From Alphaproteobacteria bacterium (GTDB taxonomy: Bacteria > Pseudomonadota > Alphaproteobacteria > Bin95): a stretch of DNA of 64,000 nt. Both the position numbers and the translations under genes were made by a program. Positions within the stretch are counted from its first letter, which is position 1. Each line of letters begins with the position of its first letter. The stretch lies in contig CBDBGH010000003.1 in NCBI GenBank assembly GCA_965205265.1, forward strand, positions 448,001 to 512,000, in the 5' to 3' direction. The notes under the pieces are model-generated. The model did not search any database. It saw nothing but the letters and a program-made list of their open reading frames with translations, and had not been told where the DNA came from. This document shows positions 42,167 to 52,512 of this stretch, in pieces.

Positions 42167-42568
42167 ATGACCGGGACATTGACGGAGCGCAGGCGGGGCA
42201 GCCCCGTCGGCGAGGACCTCCGCCGCCGGGCGGTTGCGGCGGTGCTGGAGAAAGGAATGACCGGGCGGGCCGCCGCCCGGCATTTCGAGGTGAGCGAACC
42301 CAGCGTCTGGCGGTGGGTAAGGCGCTACCGGCAGCGCGGCCATCTTCGCCCCGACCCGAAGAGCGGCCGCCCGTCCGGGATCGAGCCGGAGCGGGAGCGC
42401 ATTTTCCGCCTTGTGGAGGGCCGGCCGGACCTCTCGGTGCGCGCGCTGCAACGGGCGCTCGCCGCCGAGGGCGCGGTTTTCGCCGTAACCACCCTGCACC
42501 GCTTCCTGAAGCGCCACGGCCTCCAGCGCCGCCGCCGCAACCCCGCCCCCACGCCCGCCGGCGGCTGA
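42167..42568 (+). CDS. Stand-alone IS630/Tc1-type transposase HTH protein (no DDE domain)
   Basis: DLRRRAVAAV, RAAARHFEVS..SVWRWVRRY, GRPS, LHRFLKRHGL; GGGAGG RBS; no catalytic ORF follows. Confidence 0.8.
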   Translation: MTGTLTERRRGSPVGEDLRRRAVAAVLEKGMTGRAAARHFEVSEPSVWRWVRRYRQRGHLRPDPKSGRPSGIEPERERIFRLVEGRPDLSVRALQRALAAEGAVFAVTTLHRFLKRHGLQRRRRNPAPTPAGG

Positions 42569-42584
42569 TGCGGGCCCTCTTCAT

Positions 42585-42860
42585 CGTCATACCCGGACTT
42601 GTTCCACTGCTGTCCGGTTTAGATTTGGGGGACAGAGCGCATGGCTTGGATTCAACCGGGTTTCGAGGGGTTCGGCGAAATCGGGACTCGGATCGACACC
42701 CGGCGTCCCGGCCCTGTTCCCGTCATACCCGGACTTGTTCCGGGTATCCATACGGCCGCCTGGTGGAGCCGCTTGAGAGAGATACCCGGAACAAGTCCGG
42801 GTATGACGAAAGGGGGGCGTCCGGGTATGACGGACAGGGGGCGTCCGAGCATGACGGAGG
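42585..42860. repeat. Composite REP locus (family 1): truncated left arm, ~115 bp insert, full REP pair, tandem ~24 bp tails
   Basis: CGTCATACCCGGACTTGTTCC at 42585 and 42721; right arm ends 42808; GGGGGCGTCCG.G.ATGACGGA units follow. Confidence 0.85.
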
Positions 42861-42957
42861 AGGGCGTTCGGGCAGGGTGGACGGAACGCCGGGATCGATC
42901 CCGATGCGCGTTGCGCTCACAGTCCGCGGCCTCCCCGGTGCTGGCCTTGCGGGCCGA

Positions 42958-43263
42958 TCACGCCGGATGATACCGGCGAACGTCGATCTCGCCGGCCCGT
43001 GCGCGCATCTGCGCGGCGTCGTGCCACGCCTGCATCCGCAGCAGCAGGTCCATGCTGAGGCCGAACGCCTTCTCGACCCGCATCGCCATCTCGGGCGACA
43101 GCGAGGCGTTGCCGTTCACCAGGTCCGAGAGCGTCGCGCGGCGCACGCCGAGAATCCGCGCCGCCGCCGCAACGCTCAACCCCAGTTCCTCAAGGGCCTC
43201 GATCCGGATGAAGGTTCCGGGATGCGGGGGAGTCATCCCCATCTTGATGCCGTCGCTGGTCAT
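42958..43263 (-). CDS. higA: HigA family antitoxin
   Basis: PPHPG, HTH RRATLSDLVNG, LSPEMAMR, MQAWHD. Confidence 0.92.
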   Translation of the reverse strand: MTSDGIKMGMTPPHPGTFIRIEALEELGLSVAAAARILGVRRATLSDLVNGNASLSPEMAMRVEKAFGLSMDLLLRMQAWHDAAQMRARAGEIDVRRYHPA

Positions 43264-43553
43264 CAGTGGTAGTCCTCCAGGTTCACGCGCCCGATCGCGC
43301 CATCCCTCTCCTCGAAGGTGATCCGCCAGTTGCCCGACACCGAAACGCTCCACTCGTTGCGGCGCGCGCCGGAGAGCCGGTGGACCCGCCATCCGGGCGC
43401 CGCATCGCGGATAAAGCCCTCCATGGTCTCGGCTATGGCGAGCGCGGCCAGGATACCGCGCACGCGGTCTACGAGGTCCTGTTTCAGCAGCCGGGACGAG
43501 TCGGTCTCGTAGAGCTGGCGCAGGCCCCGGTGGCGAAACGAACGGACGATCAT
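43263..43553 (-). CDS. higB: HigB/RelE family toxin
   Basis: SFRHRGLRQLYE, HRLSG, WSVSVSGNWRITF, LEDYH. Confidence 0.93.
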   Translation of the reverse strand: MIVRSFRHRGLRQLYETDSSRLLKQDLVDRVRGILAALAIAETMEGFIRDAAPGWRVHRLSGARRNEWSVSVSGNWRITFEERDGAIGRVNLEDYH

Positions 43554-43560
43554 GGCGGCA

Positions 43561-43583
43561 TGCGTACGGCAATACCGTGCGCA
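43561..43583. promoter_or_regulatory. Probable higBA operator
   Basis: Near-perfect palindrome TGCGTACGG-caata-CCGTGCGCA just upstream of higB. Confidence 0.5.
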
Positions 43584-43696
43584 ATGCAAGCTTTCGTGGG
43601 TATGAGGCGGCCGGGTCTGGACGACCGCCCGCCGCCTCACCACATTCCGGGAGAGGCCGGGATTCGCAATGCCCGCCTGTCATGGAGGCCGTCGCC

Positions 43697-44815
43697 ATGC
43701 TCATCGGGGTGCCGAAGGAGACCAAGGACCACGAATACCGCGTGGGACTCACGCCCGACAGCGTGAACGAAGCGGCCCTGCACGGTCATGGCGTGATCGT
43801 GGAGCAAGGCGCCGGAACGGGCATCGGGGCTGACGACGCCGACTATACCGAGGCAGGCGCTGAGGTCGTTGACAGCGCGCAAGAGGTCTTCGAGCGGGCG
43901 GAGATGATCGTGAAGGTCAAGGAACCGCTGGCCGCCGAGCGCGCCATGCTGCGCGAGGGGCAAGTGCTCTTCACCTATCTGCACCTCGCTCCGGACCCCG
44001 AGCAGGCCGAGGACCTCGTCAGGAGCAGGGCGGTTTGCATCGCCTACGAGACGGTCACTTCTCCGCGCGGCGGCCTGCCTCTGCTTGCGCCGATGTCGGA
44101 GGTGGCGGGCCGGCTCTCCGTCCAGGCCGCGGCCCACGCGCTCGAAAAGGTCAATGGGGGGAAGGGAATGCTGCTCGGCGGCGTGCCCGGAGCGCCCCGG
44201 GCCAAGGTGGTCATCATCGGCGGCGGGGTGGTCGGCACCCACGCGGCATACATCGCGATGGGGATGGGCGCCGATACATGGGCCATAGACCGCTCGGCGG
44301 AGGCGCTGAGGGCGCTGTGGCGCCAGTTCGGCGGCCCGCTCGACACCGTTTACTCCACCCGCACCATGATCGACCGACACGTCACCGACGCGGACGTGGT
44401 GATCGGCGGCGTGCTCATCCCGGGCGCGACCGCCCCGAAGCTCGTCACGGAGGGCATGATCCGCCGGATGAAGCCGGGCTCGGTGGTGGTCGATGTCGCC
44501 ATCGACCAGGGCGGCTGCTTCGAGACTTCGCATCCCACCACCCACAGCGACCCGACCTACATCGTGGACGATGTGGTCCATTACTGCGTGGCCAACATGC
44601 CGGGCGCCGTCCCGCAGACCTCGACCTACGCGCTCAACAACGCGACGCTCCCGCATGTGCTGGCGCTGGCCGACAAGGGCTACCGCCGCGCGCTTGCCGA
44701 CGACCCCCACCTGCGCAACGGCCTCAACGTGCATGCCGGCGAGGTGACCTGCAGGGAGGTCGCCGACGCGCTCGGTTATCCGTACCGCGAGCCCATGGAG
44801 GCAATGGCGGCGTAA
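43697..44815 (+). CDS. ald: Alanine dehydrogenase
   Basis: [42 protein letters not shown]. Confidence 0.96.
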   Translation: MLIGVPKETKDHEYRVGLTPDSVNEAALHGHGVIVEQGAGTGIGADDADYTEAGAEVVDSAQEVFERAEMIVKVKEPLAAERAMLREGQVLFTYLHLAPDPEQAEDLVRSRAVCIAYETVTSPRGGLPLLAPMSEVAGRLSVQAAAHALEKVNGGKGMLLGGVPGAPRAKVVIIGGGVVGTHAAYIAMGMGADTWAIDRSAEALRALWRQFGGPLDTVYSTRTMIDRHVTDADVVIGGVLIPGATAPKLVTEGMIRRMKPGSVVVDVAIDQGGCFETSHPTTHSDPTYIVDDVVHYCVANMPGAVPQTSTYALNNATLPHVLALADKGYRRALADDPHLRNGLNVHAGEVTCREVADALGYPYREPMEAMAA

Positions 44816-44852
44816 TACCAGCGGCTGCAAGCAAGAACCCATGAGCCTTTGC

Positions 44853-44965
44853 CGTCGTCCCGGACGGCGCGTCAGCGCCGATCCGGGACCTTTCCCGGTA
44901 GGCGCAACGCCGCAGGGAGACCCCGGCTCTCCACTCCGCTTCGCTCCGTTCCGGCCGGGGTGACG
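44853..44965. repeat. CGTC-type REP pair (variant)
   Basis: CGTCGTCCCGGA...TCCGGGACC ... GACCCCGGC...GCCGGGGTGACG. Confidence 0.6.
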
Positions 44966-45168
44966 CTGAAGGGGAACCGGGGCGTCCCCCGGTTTCGCGA
45001 GGGCAGGCGGCGGGGCGCGTTCTTCATGAGTCGCAACCCGCCGCCGCTGGAAAAAGGGGGAAACCGGCCGGGCCGCTCCGCCGGGACGGGCGTCCCGATT
45101 TCTCCGTTCCGGCCCCAGCCTGTATGATGGGCGGGTTCGGGCAGTCTTTCCGGGAGAGGGAGCGGAAT

Positions 45169-46200
45169 ATGTTGACGACACGGTTTGCGGCCGCGCTCCG
45201 GCGGTCGGCGCTGGCGCTGCTGGCGGGGGCGACGGTTCTTGCCGGCACCGCGGTTGCGGCGGACGACAGGATCAAGGTGGGGGCGCTGCGCTTTACCTCC
45301 CACTCCGCAAGCTTCATCGCCTTCGAGAAGGGCTACTTCAAGGAAGCCGGGCTCGATGTCGAGTTCGTGTATTTCCAGGCCGCCGCGCCGATGGCGGTCG
45401 CCATTGCCTCCGGCGACATCGACTACGGCGTCACCGCGATTACCGGCGGGCTCATAAACCTCGCCGACAAGGGCGCCATCAAGGTCATAGGCGGCGCGCT
45501 GCACGAGGAGGAGGGGATCGACGGGTCCGCGATCCTCGTTTCCGACGCGGCGTTCAAGGACGGCGTGACCTCGCCAGCGAAGCTCGCCGGGCGCAGCTTC
45601 GGCATCACGCAGACGGGCTCCTCCTTCCACTACATGGCGTCGCGCATTGCCGAAAAGGAAGGCATCCCGATGTCCGAGATCGCGCTCAAGCCGCTGCAGA
45701 AGGTGGGCGCGGTCATCGGCGCGCTCAAATCGGGCCAGATCGACGCCTGGGCCATCGTGCCGCATATCGCCAAGGCGCTGGCGAAGGGCGGCGCGGTCCA
45801 CATCGTCGGCTGGGTCAACGACTATGCGCCCGACTACCAGGTGACGACCGTGTTCACCTCGGCGGAGAACGCGGCCAACAAGCGGGACCTGACGACGCGC
45901 TTCCTCGCGGCCTTCTCGCGCGGGGCGGCCGACTTCAACGCCGCGCTTGTGGACAAGACCGCCGGCGAGGACGCGGCCGAGGCGACGGTCAGGCTCATCC
46001 ACAAATACGTCTATACCAGCCGGCCCTACGAGAAGGCCGCGCCGTCGATCCGCAACGGCGCCATGCGGCTCAACGAAGGCGCGAAGCTGAACCTGTCGAG
46101 CGTCCGGGCGCAGCTCGACTGGTTCAAGGCCGAAGGGCTGGTGAAGGGCGACATCGGCATCGACAAGCTGGTGGACGGGAGCTACGTCGAAACCTACTGA
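45169..46200 (+). CDS. NitT/TauT family ABC transporter substrate-binding protein
   Basis: Signal peptide; IAFEKGYFKEAGLDVE, GSSFH, ALKSGQIDA. Confidence 0.9.
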   Translation: MLTTRFAAALRRSALALLAGATVLAGTAVAADDRIKVGALRFTSHSASFIAFEKGYFKEAGLDVEFVYFQAAAPMAVAIASGDIDYGVTAITGGLINLADKGAIKVIGGALHEEEGIDGSAILVSDAAFKDGVTSPAKLAGRSFGITQTGSSFHYMASRIAEKEGIPMSEIALKPLQKVGAVIGALKSGQIDAWAIVPHIAKALAKGGAVHIVGWVNDYAPDYQVTTVFTSAENAANKRDLTTRFLAAFSRGAADFNAALVDKTAGEDAAEATVRLIHKYVYTSRPYEKAAPSIRNGAMRLNEGAKLNLSSVRAQLDWFKAEGLVKGDIGIDKLVDGSYVETY

Positions 46201-46262
46201 CCCGCCGGGCCTGCCGCATGCATACATCTCTGCCCGGTCGTGTGGCATTGCATGTCCCACTT

Positions 46263-46417
46263 CGTCACCCCGGCCCCCGAGCCGGGGTCCAGCCTCGATT
46301 CTCGCGGCAGCTCCGGATCGCGGTCCGGGGCAGGCCCCGGCGGTTCGGCCTCTTCTCCACCGGCCGCGGCGGCATCGGGAGTCATGGATGGACCCCGGCT
46401 CGGGGGCCGGGGTGACG
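46263..46417. repeat. CGTC-type REP pair (family 2) inside the ABC operon
   Basis: Perfect 29-bp inverted repeat CGTCACCCCGGCCCCCGAGCCGGGGTCCA at 46263-46291 and 46389-46417. Confidence 0.85.
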
Positions 46418-46439
46418 GATGGGGGGCGGGGGCGGCGCG

Positions 46440-47199
<760 letters not shown>

Positions 47200-47207
<8 letters not shown>

Positions 47208-48003
47208 GCGCAGCGATGGCGACCGCCCCGTCGCGTTCCGGGGCGGCGGCTTCTCGCCGCGGCCGCTCGGCGTCGTCGGGCCGCTGGTGTTCATCGCCGT
47301 CCTTGCATTGTGGGAGGCGGGGTGCCGCACGGGCGCGATCCCGCCGCTGGTGCTGCCGGCACCGTCGGAGGCGCTGGCCGCGCTCGCCCATCTCGTCGAA
47401 AGCGGGCTGCTCTGGAAGCATCTGGGCGCCTCGCTCCAGCGCCTCCTGGCCGGCTGGACGCTGGGCACGCTGCTCGGCATCGCCGTCGGCTTCTCCATCG
47501 GGCTGTTCTCGCTCGCCCGCGCCGGGCTGGCGCCGGTGGTGGCGGCCATCTTCCCGATCCCGAAGATCGCGCTGCTGCCGCTCTTCGTGGTCTGGTTCGG
47601 CATCGGCGAGGGATCGAAGGTGGCGACCATCCTCTTCGGCACCTTCTTCCCGACCGTGGTCGCGACCTATGGCGGCGTGGACAATGTGGACCGCGGCCTG
47701 ATCCGGATGGGGCAGTCCTTCGGGCTCTCCTGGCTCTCCATCGTGCGCAAGATCGTCCTGCCGGGCGCGCTGCCGGCGATCCTGCCGGGCTTCCGCATTT
47801 CGGCCGCCATCGCCATCGTGCTGCTGGTTGCAGCGGAGATGATCGGCGCCGAGTTCGGGGTCGGCGCCTATATCCTGCTCGCCGGCAGCCTCATGGCGCT
47901 GGACGAGCTGCTGGCCGGCGTCGCGATCCTGTCCGTCATGGGATTGACCGTGAACTGGTCGATCGCGCGCCTGGAGCGCTTCCTGCTCAGATGGCGGACA
48001 TGA
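47200..48003 (+). CDS. NitT/TauT family ABC transporter permease
   Basis: LPAPS, PIPKIALLP, WFGIGE, AAEMIG. Confidence 0.94.
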
Positions 48004-48013
48004 GCGCCGGCGG

Positions 48014-49012
48014 TTGACGCCCGCAGGCGCCCGGCCTATTCCGGCAGCCATGTCCGAGATCGCCCGGGACCTGCTGCGAGAGGCCGCCACGGAGATCATG
48101 GCGCGCGCCGCCATCGAAATCCCGCGCGACTACCGCGACGGCATACGCGGCATGCTGGGGCGCGAGCAGCACGAGCTCTCGCGTTTCGTGCTGGAGGCGA
48201 TGCTGGAGAATTGGGAGGCGGCGGAGGCCGACCGCCGCGCCATGTGCGCCGACACGGGCGTGCCGCGCTTCTATGTGAAGGCCGGCAACGAGGCGCGGCC
48301 GGAAGGCGGCTTCGTGGCGCTGGAGGAGGCGATTCGCGCGGCCACGGCCGAGGCGACGCGAACCGTGCCGCTCCGCCCGAACCGGGTGCATCCGCTCTGG
48401 CGCACCGACCATGACAACAATGTCGGCATCAACGCGCCGGAAATCGAATACAGCTTCGAGCCGGATGCGGACTGGATCGAGCTCACCACCGTCCACAAGG
48501 GCGGGCTGTTCGGCACCGACTACCGGATGCTGTTCCCCGCCGACGGCATGGACGGCATCAAGCGCTTCTTCCTCGATACGCTGGTGCAGTTCGGGCGGCG
48601 CGGCCTCGCCTGCCAGCCGGCCATCGTCGGCATCGGGCTGGGCGGCTCCAAGGACACCTCCATGACGCTCGGCAAGCAGGCCGCCTGCCTGCGGCCCGTG
48701 GGCGAGCCTAACCCCGATCCGGGCATCGCGAAGCTGGAGGCGGAGCTGAAGGAGCTCGGCAACAATATCGGCATGGGGCCGATGGGCTTCGTCGGCTCCT
48801 CCATGGTGATCGACTGCCATGTGGAGGTCGGCTACACGCATACCGGCGGCATGCCGATGAGCGTGCATTGCTTCTGCCTCTCCTCGCGCCGGGCGACGGC
48901 GCGGGTCCATGCCGGCGGCGGGGTCGAATACCGCAGCGACCCGCGCTGGTTCACGCCTTATATGCGCCGGGAGACGGTCGGGTGGCCCACACCCCTCGCA
49001 CGCACCGCCTGA
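48014..49012 (+). CDS. Fe-S hydro-lyase alpha subunit (class I fumarase / L-tartrate dehydratase family, divergent; ATG 48050 is an alternative start)
   Basis: MCADTG, LRPN, ACQP..VGIGLGG, GMGPMGF, C-terminal Cys (HCFC). Confidence 0.85.
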   Translation: MTPAGARPIPAAMSEIARDLLREAATEIMARAAIEIPRDYRDGIRGMLGREQHELSRFVLEAMLENWEAAEADRRAMCADTGVPRFYVKAGNEARPEGGFVALEEAIRAATAEATRTVPLRPNRVHPLWRTDHDNNVGINAPEIEYSFEPDADWIELTTVHKGGLFGTDYRMLFPADGMDGIKRFFLDTLVQFGRRGLACQPAIVGIGLGGSKDTSMTLGKQAACLRPVGEPNPDPGIAKLEAELKELGNNIGMGPMGFVGSSMVIDCHVEVGYTHTGGMPMSVHCFCLSSRRATARVHAGGGVEYRSDPRWFTPYMRRETVGWPTPLARTA

Positions 49013-49653
49013 GCACGCCGGTCGGGCCGGAGGCGCTCGCGGCGCTCGCCATCGGCGACATCGTCTATCTGGACGGGGTGATCTATACCGGCCGCGAGGG
49101 GCTTTACCGCCGGCTGGTGGACGAAGGCATGGCCCCGCCGGTGGACCTCAAGGCGCTCAGCAACGTCAATTTCCACTGCTCGCCCGCCGCCAGCGTGGCC
49201 GAGGACGGCAGCCTGAACCTCGGCGCGGTGACGGCGACGGCGAGCTTTCGCTTCTCGCGCTTCATGGCGCGCTTCTTCGAGCTTTCGGGCGCGAAGGTGA
49301 TCGTCGGCAAGGGCGGCATGTCGGAGGCCGACTACCGCGACCTCTTCGTGCCGAACGGGGCGGTCTATCTCACCACGGTCGGCTACGGCACGGGCGCGTT
49401 GCTCGGGCGCGGCGTCACGCATGTGCAGGCGGCGCACTGGCTGGAGGACCTCGGCATCGCCCAGGCGGTCTGGGTGCTGGAGGTTGCCCGCTTCGGCCCG
49501 CTGCTGGTCGAGAGCGACCTCGCCGGCAACAGCCTCTTCGAGCGCGAGAACCGGGCCACGGCCGAGGCGGTCGAGCGCGCCTATGCCGGCCTCAGGCCGC
49601 CCTCCCTCTCCCGCTACGGCGAAACCGTCTCGCGCGGCGACGAGGTGCTTTAG
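48982..49653 (+). CDS. Fe-S hydro-lyase beta subunit (fumarase C-terminal domain family)
   Basis: LAIGDIVYLDGVIYTGRE, IVGKGG, FGPLLV..D..GNSL; GTG start with GGGAG RBS, overlapping the alpha gene. Confidence 0.85.
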   Translation: MAHTPRTHRLSTPVGPEALAALAIGDIVYLDGVIYTGREGLYRRLVDEGMAPPVDLKALSNVNFHCSPAASVAEDGSLNLGAVTATASFRFSRFMARFFELSGAKVIVGKGGMSEADYRDLFVPNGAVYLTTVGYGTGALLGRGVTHVQAAHWLEDLGIAQAVWVLEVARFGPLLVESDLAGNSLFERENRATAEAVERAYAGLRPPSLSRYGETVSRGDEVL

Positions 49654-49746
49654 GCGAACTTCCGGCGGCATCCGCAAGCGGGCCGTGACAAGGATGCGGC
49701 TTCCGGGCTAAACCCCCTCTGCGCTTACCGGAGGCTCGGGGGCCCC

Positions 49747-50304
49747 ATGGACGACAAAGAAACGCCCGCCTGGCACGGCACCACCATCCTTTCGGTGCGC
49801 AAGGGCGGCCGGGTGGTGATCGCCGGGGACGGGCAGGTGACGCTCGGGCCCACTGTGCTCAAGGCCAATGCGCGCAAGGTGCGCCCGCTCGGCGACGGCA
49901 AGGTGATCGCGGGCTTCGCCGGCGCCACCGCCGACGCCTTCGCCCTCTTCGAGCGCCTTGAAGGCAAGCTGGAGCAATACAAGGGCCAGCTGGCGCGCGC
50001 CTGCGTGGAGATGGCGAAGGACTGGCGCACGGACCGCTACCTGCGCCGGCTGGAGGCGATGATGGCGGTGGCCGACCGGGACGTCTCGCTGGTGCTGACC
50101 GGCAATGGCGACGTGCTGGAGCCGGAGGACGGGCTGATCGGCATCGGCTCGGGCGGGGCCTATGCGCTGGCGGCGGCCCGCGCGCTGCATCCCGTCGAGG
50201 ACATGGACGCCGAGACGGTCGCGCGGCGCGCCATGGAAATCGCGGCCGGCATCTGCATCTATACCAACAGCGAACTGACCATCGAGAGCCTGGAGACGCC
50301 GTGA
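49747..50304 (+). CDS. hslV: ATP-dependent protease subunit HslV
   Basis: [28 protein letters not shown]. Confidence 0.98.
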   Translation: MDDKETPAWHGTTILSVRKGGRVVIAGDGQVTLGPTVLKANARKVRPLGDGKVIAGFAGATADAFALFERLEGKLEQYKGQLARACVEMAKDWRTDRYLRRLEAMMAVADRDVSLVLTGNGDVLEPEDGLIGIGSGGAYALAAARALHPVEDMDAETVARRAMEIAAGICIYTNSELTIESLETP

Positions 50305-51614
50305 CCTCGTTCAGCCCCCGGGAGATCGTTTCCGAGCTCGACCGCTTCATCGTGGGCCAGGACGACGCCAAGCGCGCCGTCGCCATCGCGCTGCGCAACC
50401 GCTGGCGCCGCCAGCAGCTTCCCGAGGCGCTGCGCGACGAAATCCTTCCGAAGAACATCCTGATGATCGGGCCTACCGGCGTCGGCAAGACCGAGATCGC
50501 GCGGCGCCTCGCCCGGCTCGCCCAGGCGCCCTTCCTCAAGGTCGAGGCCACCAAGTTCACCGAGGTCGGCTATGTCGGCCGCGATGTCGAGAGCATCGTG
50601 CGCGACATCGTCGAGATTTCGATCCACCTGACCCGCGAGCGCCGGCGCAAGGAGGTGCAGGCCCAGGCCCACGGCGCGGCGGAGGACCGGGTCGTCGATG
50701 CGCTGGTCGGAAAGACCGCCTCCGCCGACACGCGCGAGAAGTTCCGCAAGCTGCTGCGCGACGGCAAGCTCGACGACCGCGAGATCGAGCTGGAACTGGA
50801 GGACACGGGCGGCCTCTCGCTGCCGACCATGGATATTCCCGGCATGCCGGGCGCGCAGATGGGCATGATCAATCTCGGCGACATCTTCGGCAAGGCGCTG
50901 GGCGGCGGCCGCACCAGGACCCGCAAGATGAAGGTCGCGGAGAGCTACGAGGCGCTGATCGCCGAGGAAAGCGACAAGCTGCTCGATGACGAGTCGCTGA
51001 CCCGCGACGCGATCCATGCGGTCGAGCAGAACGGCATCGTGTTCATTGACGAAGTGGACAAGATCTGCGCGCGCTCGGACCGGCTCGGCGCGGATGTCAG
51101 CCGCGAGGGCGTGCAGCGCGACCTGCTGCCGCTGATCGAGGGCACGACCGTCGCCACCAAGCACGGCGCGGTGAAGACCGACCATATCCTGTTCATCGCG
51201 TCCGGCGCCTTCCACCTCGCCAAGCCGGCGGACCTCCTGCCCGAACTCCAGGGCCGGCTGCCGATCCGGGTCGAGCTCGATGCGCTGACGCGCGAGGATT
51301 TCCGCCGCATCCTGACCGAGCCGGAAGCGAGCCTCATCACGCAATACAAGGCGCTGATGGGCACGGAGGACCTGACGCTCGACTTCACCGACGATGCGGT
51401 GGACGCGCTGGCTGAGCTCGCCGCCGACATCAACGCCCAGGTCGAGAATATCGGCGCGCGCCGCCTGCACACCGTGCTGGAGAAGCTGCTGGAGGAAATC
51501 AGCTTCACCGCATCCGACCGCGGCGGCGAAACCGTGACCATAGACGCAGGCGAAGTCCGCGAGCGCGTCGGCGAACTCGCCAAGAGCGCCGACCTGTCGC
51601 GGTTTATTCTCTGA
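50301..51614 (+). CDS. hslU: ATP-dependent protease ATPase subunit HslU
   Basis: [28 protein letters not shown]-terminus. Confidence 0.98.
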   Translation: MTSFSPREIVSELDRFIVGQDDAKRAVAIALRNRWRRQQLPEALRDEILPKNILMIGPTGVGKTEIARRLARLAQAPFLKVEATKFTEVGYVGRDVESIVRDIVEISIHLTRERRRKEVQAQAHGAAEDRVVDALVGKTASADTREKFRKLLRDGKLDDREIELELEDTGGLSLPTMDIPGMPGAQMGMINLGDIFGKALGGGRTRTRKMKVAESYEALIAEESDKLLDDESLTRDAIHAVEQNGIVFIDEVDKICARSDRLGADVSREGVQRDLLPLIEGTTVATKHGAVKTDHILFIASGAFHLAKPADLLPELQGRLPIRVELDALTREDFRRILTEPEASLITQYKALMGTEDLTLDFTDDAVDALAELAADINAQVENIGARRLHTVLEKLLEEISFTASDRGGETVTIDAGEVRERVGELAKSADLSRFIL

Positions 51615-51718
51615 GAGCGCGGGGCCGCCTGGAAAGGACCGCGTCTGCGGACCGCGCACTTTGCCGTCCCGCCCGGCTGCGCTATGCAATGCGGGCAGGC
51701 TGCGACAGGGAGAGGGCG

Positions 51719-52495
51719 ATGACGCAAGCTGTGCTGGTTTCGACGGATGGCGGGGTGGGGGTGCTGACGCTCAACCGGCCGGACAAGTTCAACTGCATCT
51801 CCACCGGGCTTCTGGACGGGCTCATCGCCGGCATGGACCGGTTCGAGGCGGACCCGGCGGTGCGCGCCGTGCTGGTGAATGCGAACGGCAGGCAGTTCTG
51901 CACCGGCGCGGACCTCGACGAGGTGCTGGAGCGGCGGAAGTCGGCCGAGGCGCTCACGCCCTTCATCGGCGCCATCCATGAGGCGACGCGCCGTTTCGAG
52001 GACTCGCCGCTGCCGGTGGTGGCGGCGGTGCAGGGCCTCGCGCTTGCCGGCGGCATGGAGCTCGTCGTCGCCTGCGACACGGTGTTCGCGGCCGAGAGCG
52101 CGCGCATCGGCTGCCAGCACGCCCGCTACGGCCTGCCGCCGGGCGGCGGCGGCACGCAGCGCCTGGCCCGCATCGTTGGCCTCCGCCGGGCGCTCGACCT
52201 CATGTTCACCGCCCGCTGGCTCGACGCGGCCGAGGCGGAGCGCTGGGGCCTCTTCAACCACGTCGTGCCGGATGCGGAGCTGGACGCCCGCGCGCGGGCC
52301 TATTGCGCCGACCTTGCGGCCAAGAGCCGCCACGGCCTCGCCTTCATGAAGGGCATGGCGCGGCGCGGCCTCGAAGGCCCGCTCGACGTGGGTCTCGCGC
52401 TGGAGCGGGGCGCCGTCGTGGCCGCCCTCCAGCACAGCGACGTGGCCGAGGGCCTCGACGCCTTCCAGAACCGCCGCGAGCCGGTCTTTCCATAA
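51719..52495 (+). CDS. Enoyl-CoA hydratase/isomerase family protein
   Basis: LNRPDKFN, FCTGADL, AGGMEL, GGTQRL. Confidence 0.92.
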   Translation: MTQAVLVSTDGGVGVLTLNRPDKFNCISTGLLDGLIAGMDRFEADPAVRAVLVNANGRQFCTGADLDEVLERRKSAEALTPFIGAIHEATRRFEDSPLPVVAAVQGLALAGGMELVVACDTVFAAESARIGCQHARYGLPPGGGGTQRLARIVGLRRALDLMFTARWLDAAEAERWGLFNHVVPDAELDARARAYCADLAAKSRHGLAFMKGMARRGLEGPLDVGLALERGAVVAALQHSDVAEGLDAFQNRREPVFP

Positions 52496-52512
52496 ACGGG
52501 AGCCTTCGTTCC

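Noticed and set aside
42167-42720. Complete IS630 element with a programmed frameshift
   Set aside because: No DDE ORF, slippery site or terminal inverted repeats found; recorded as an HTH-only gene.
42795-42860. Tandem ~24-bp units as a mini CRISPR array
   Set aside because: No unique spacers and no cas genes; the units derive from the REP right arm.
48014-49653. Assigning the gene symbols fumA/B or ttdA/B
   Set aside because: The family is clear, but the substrate-binding motifs deviate, so orthology cannot be supported.
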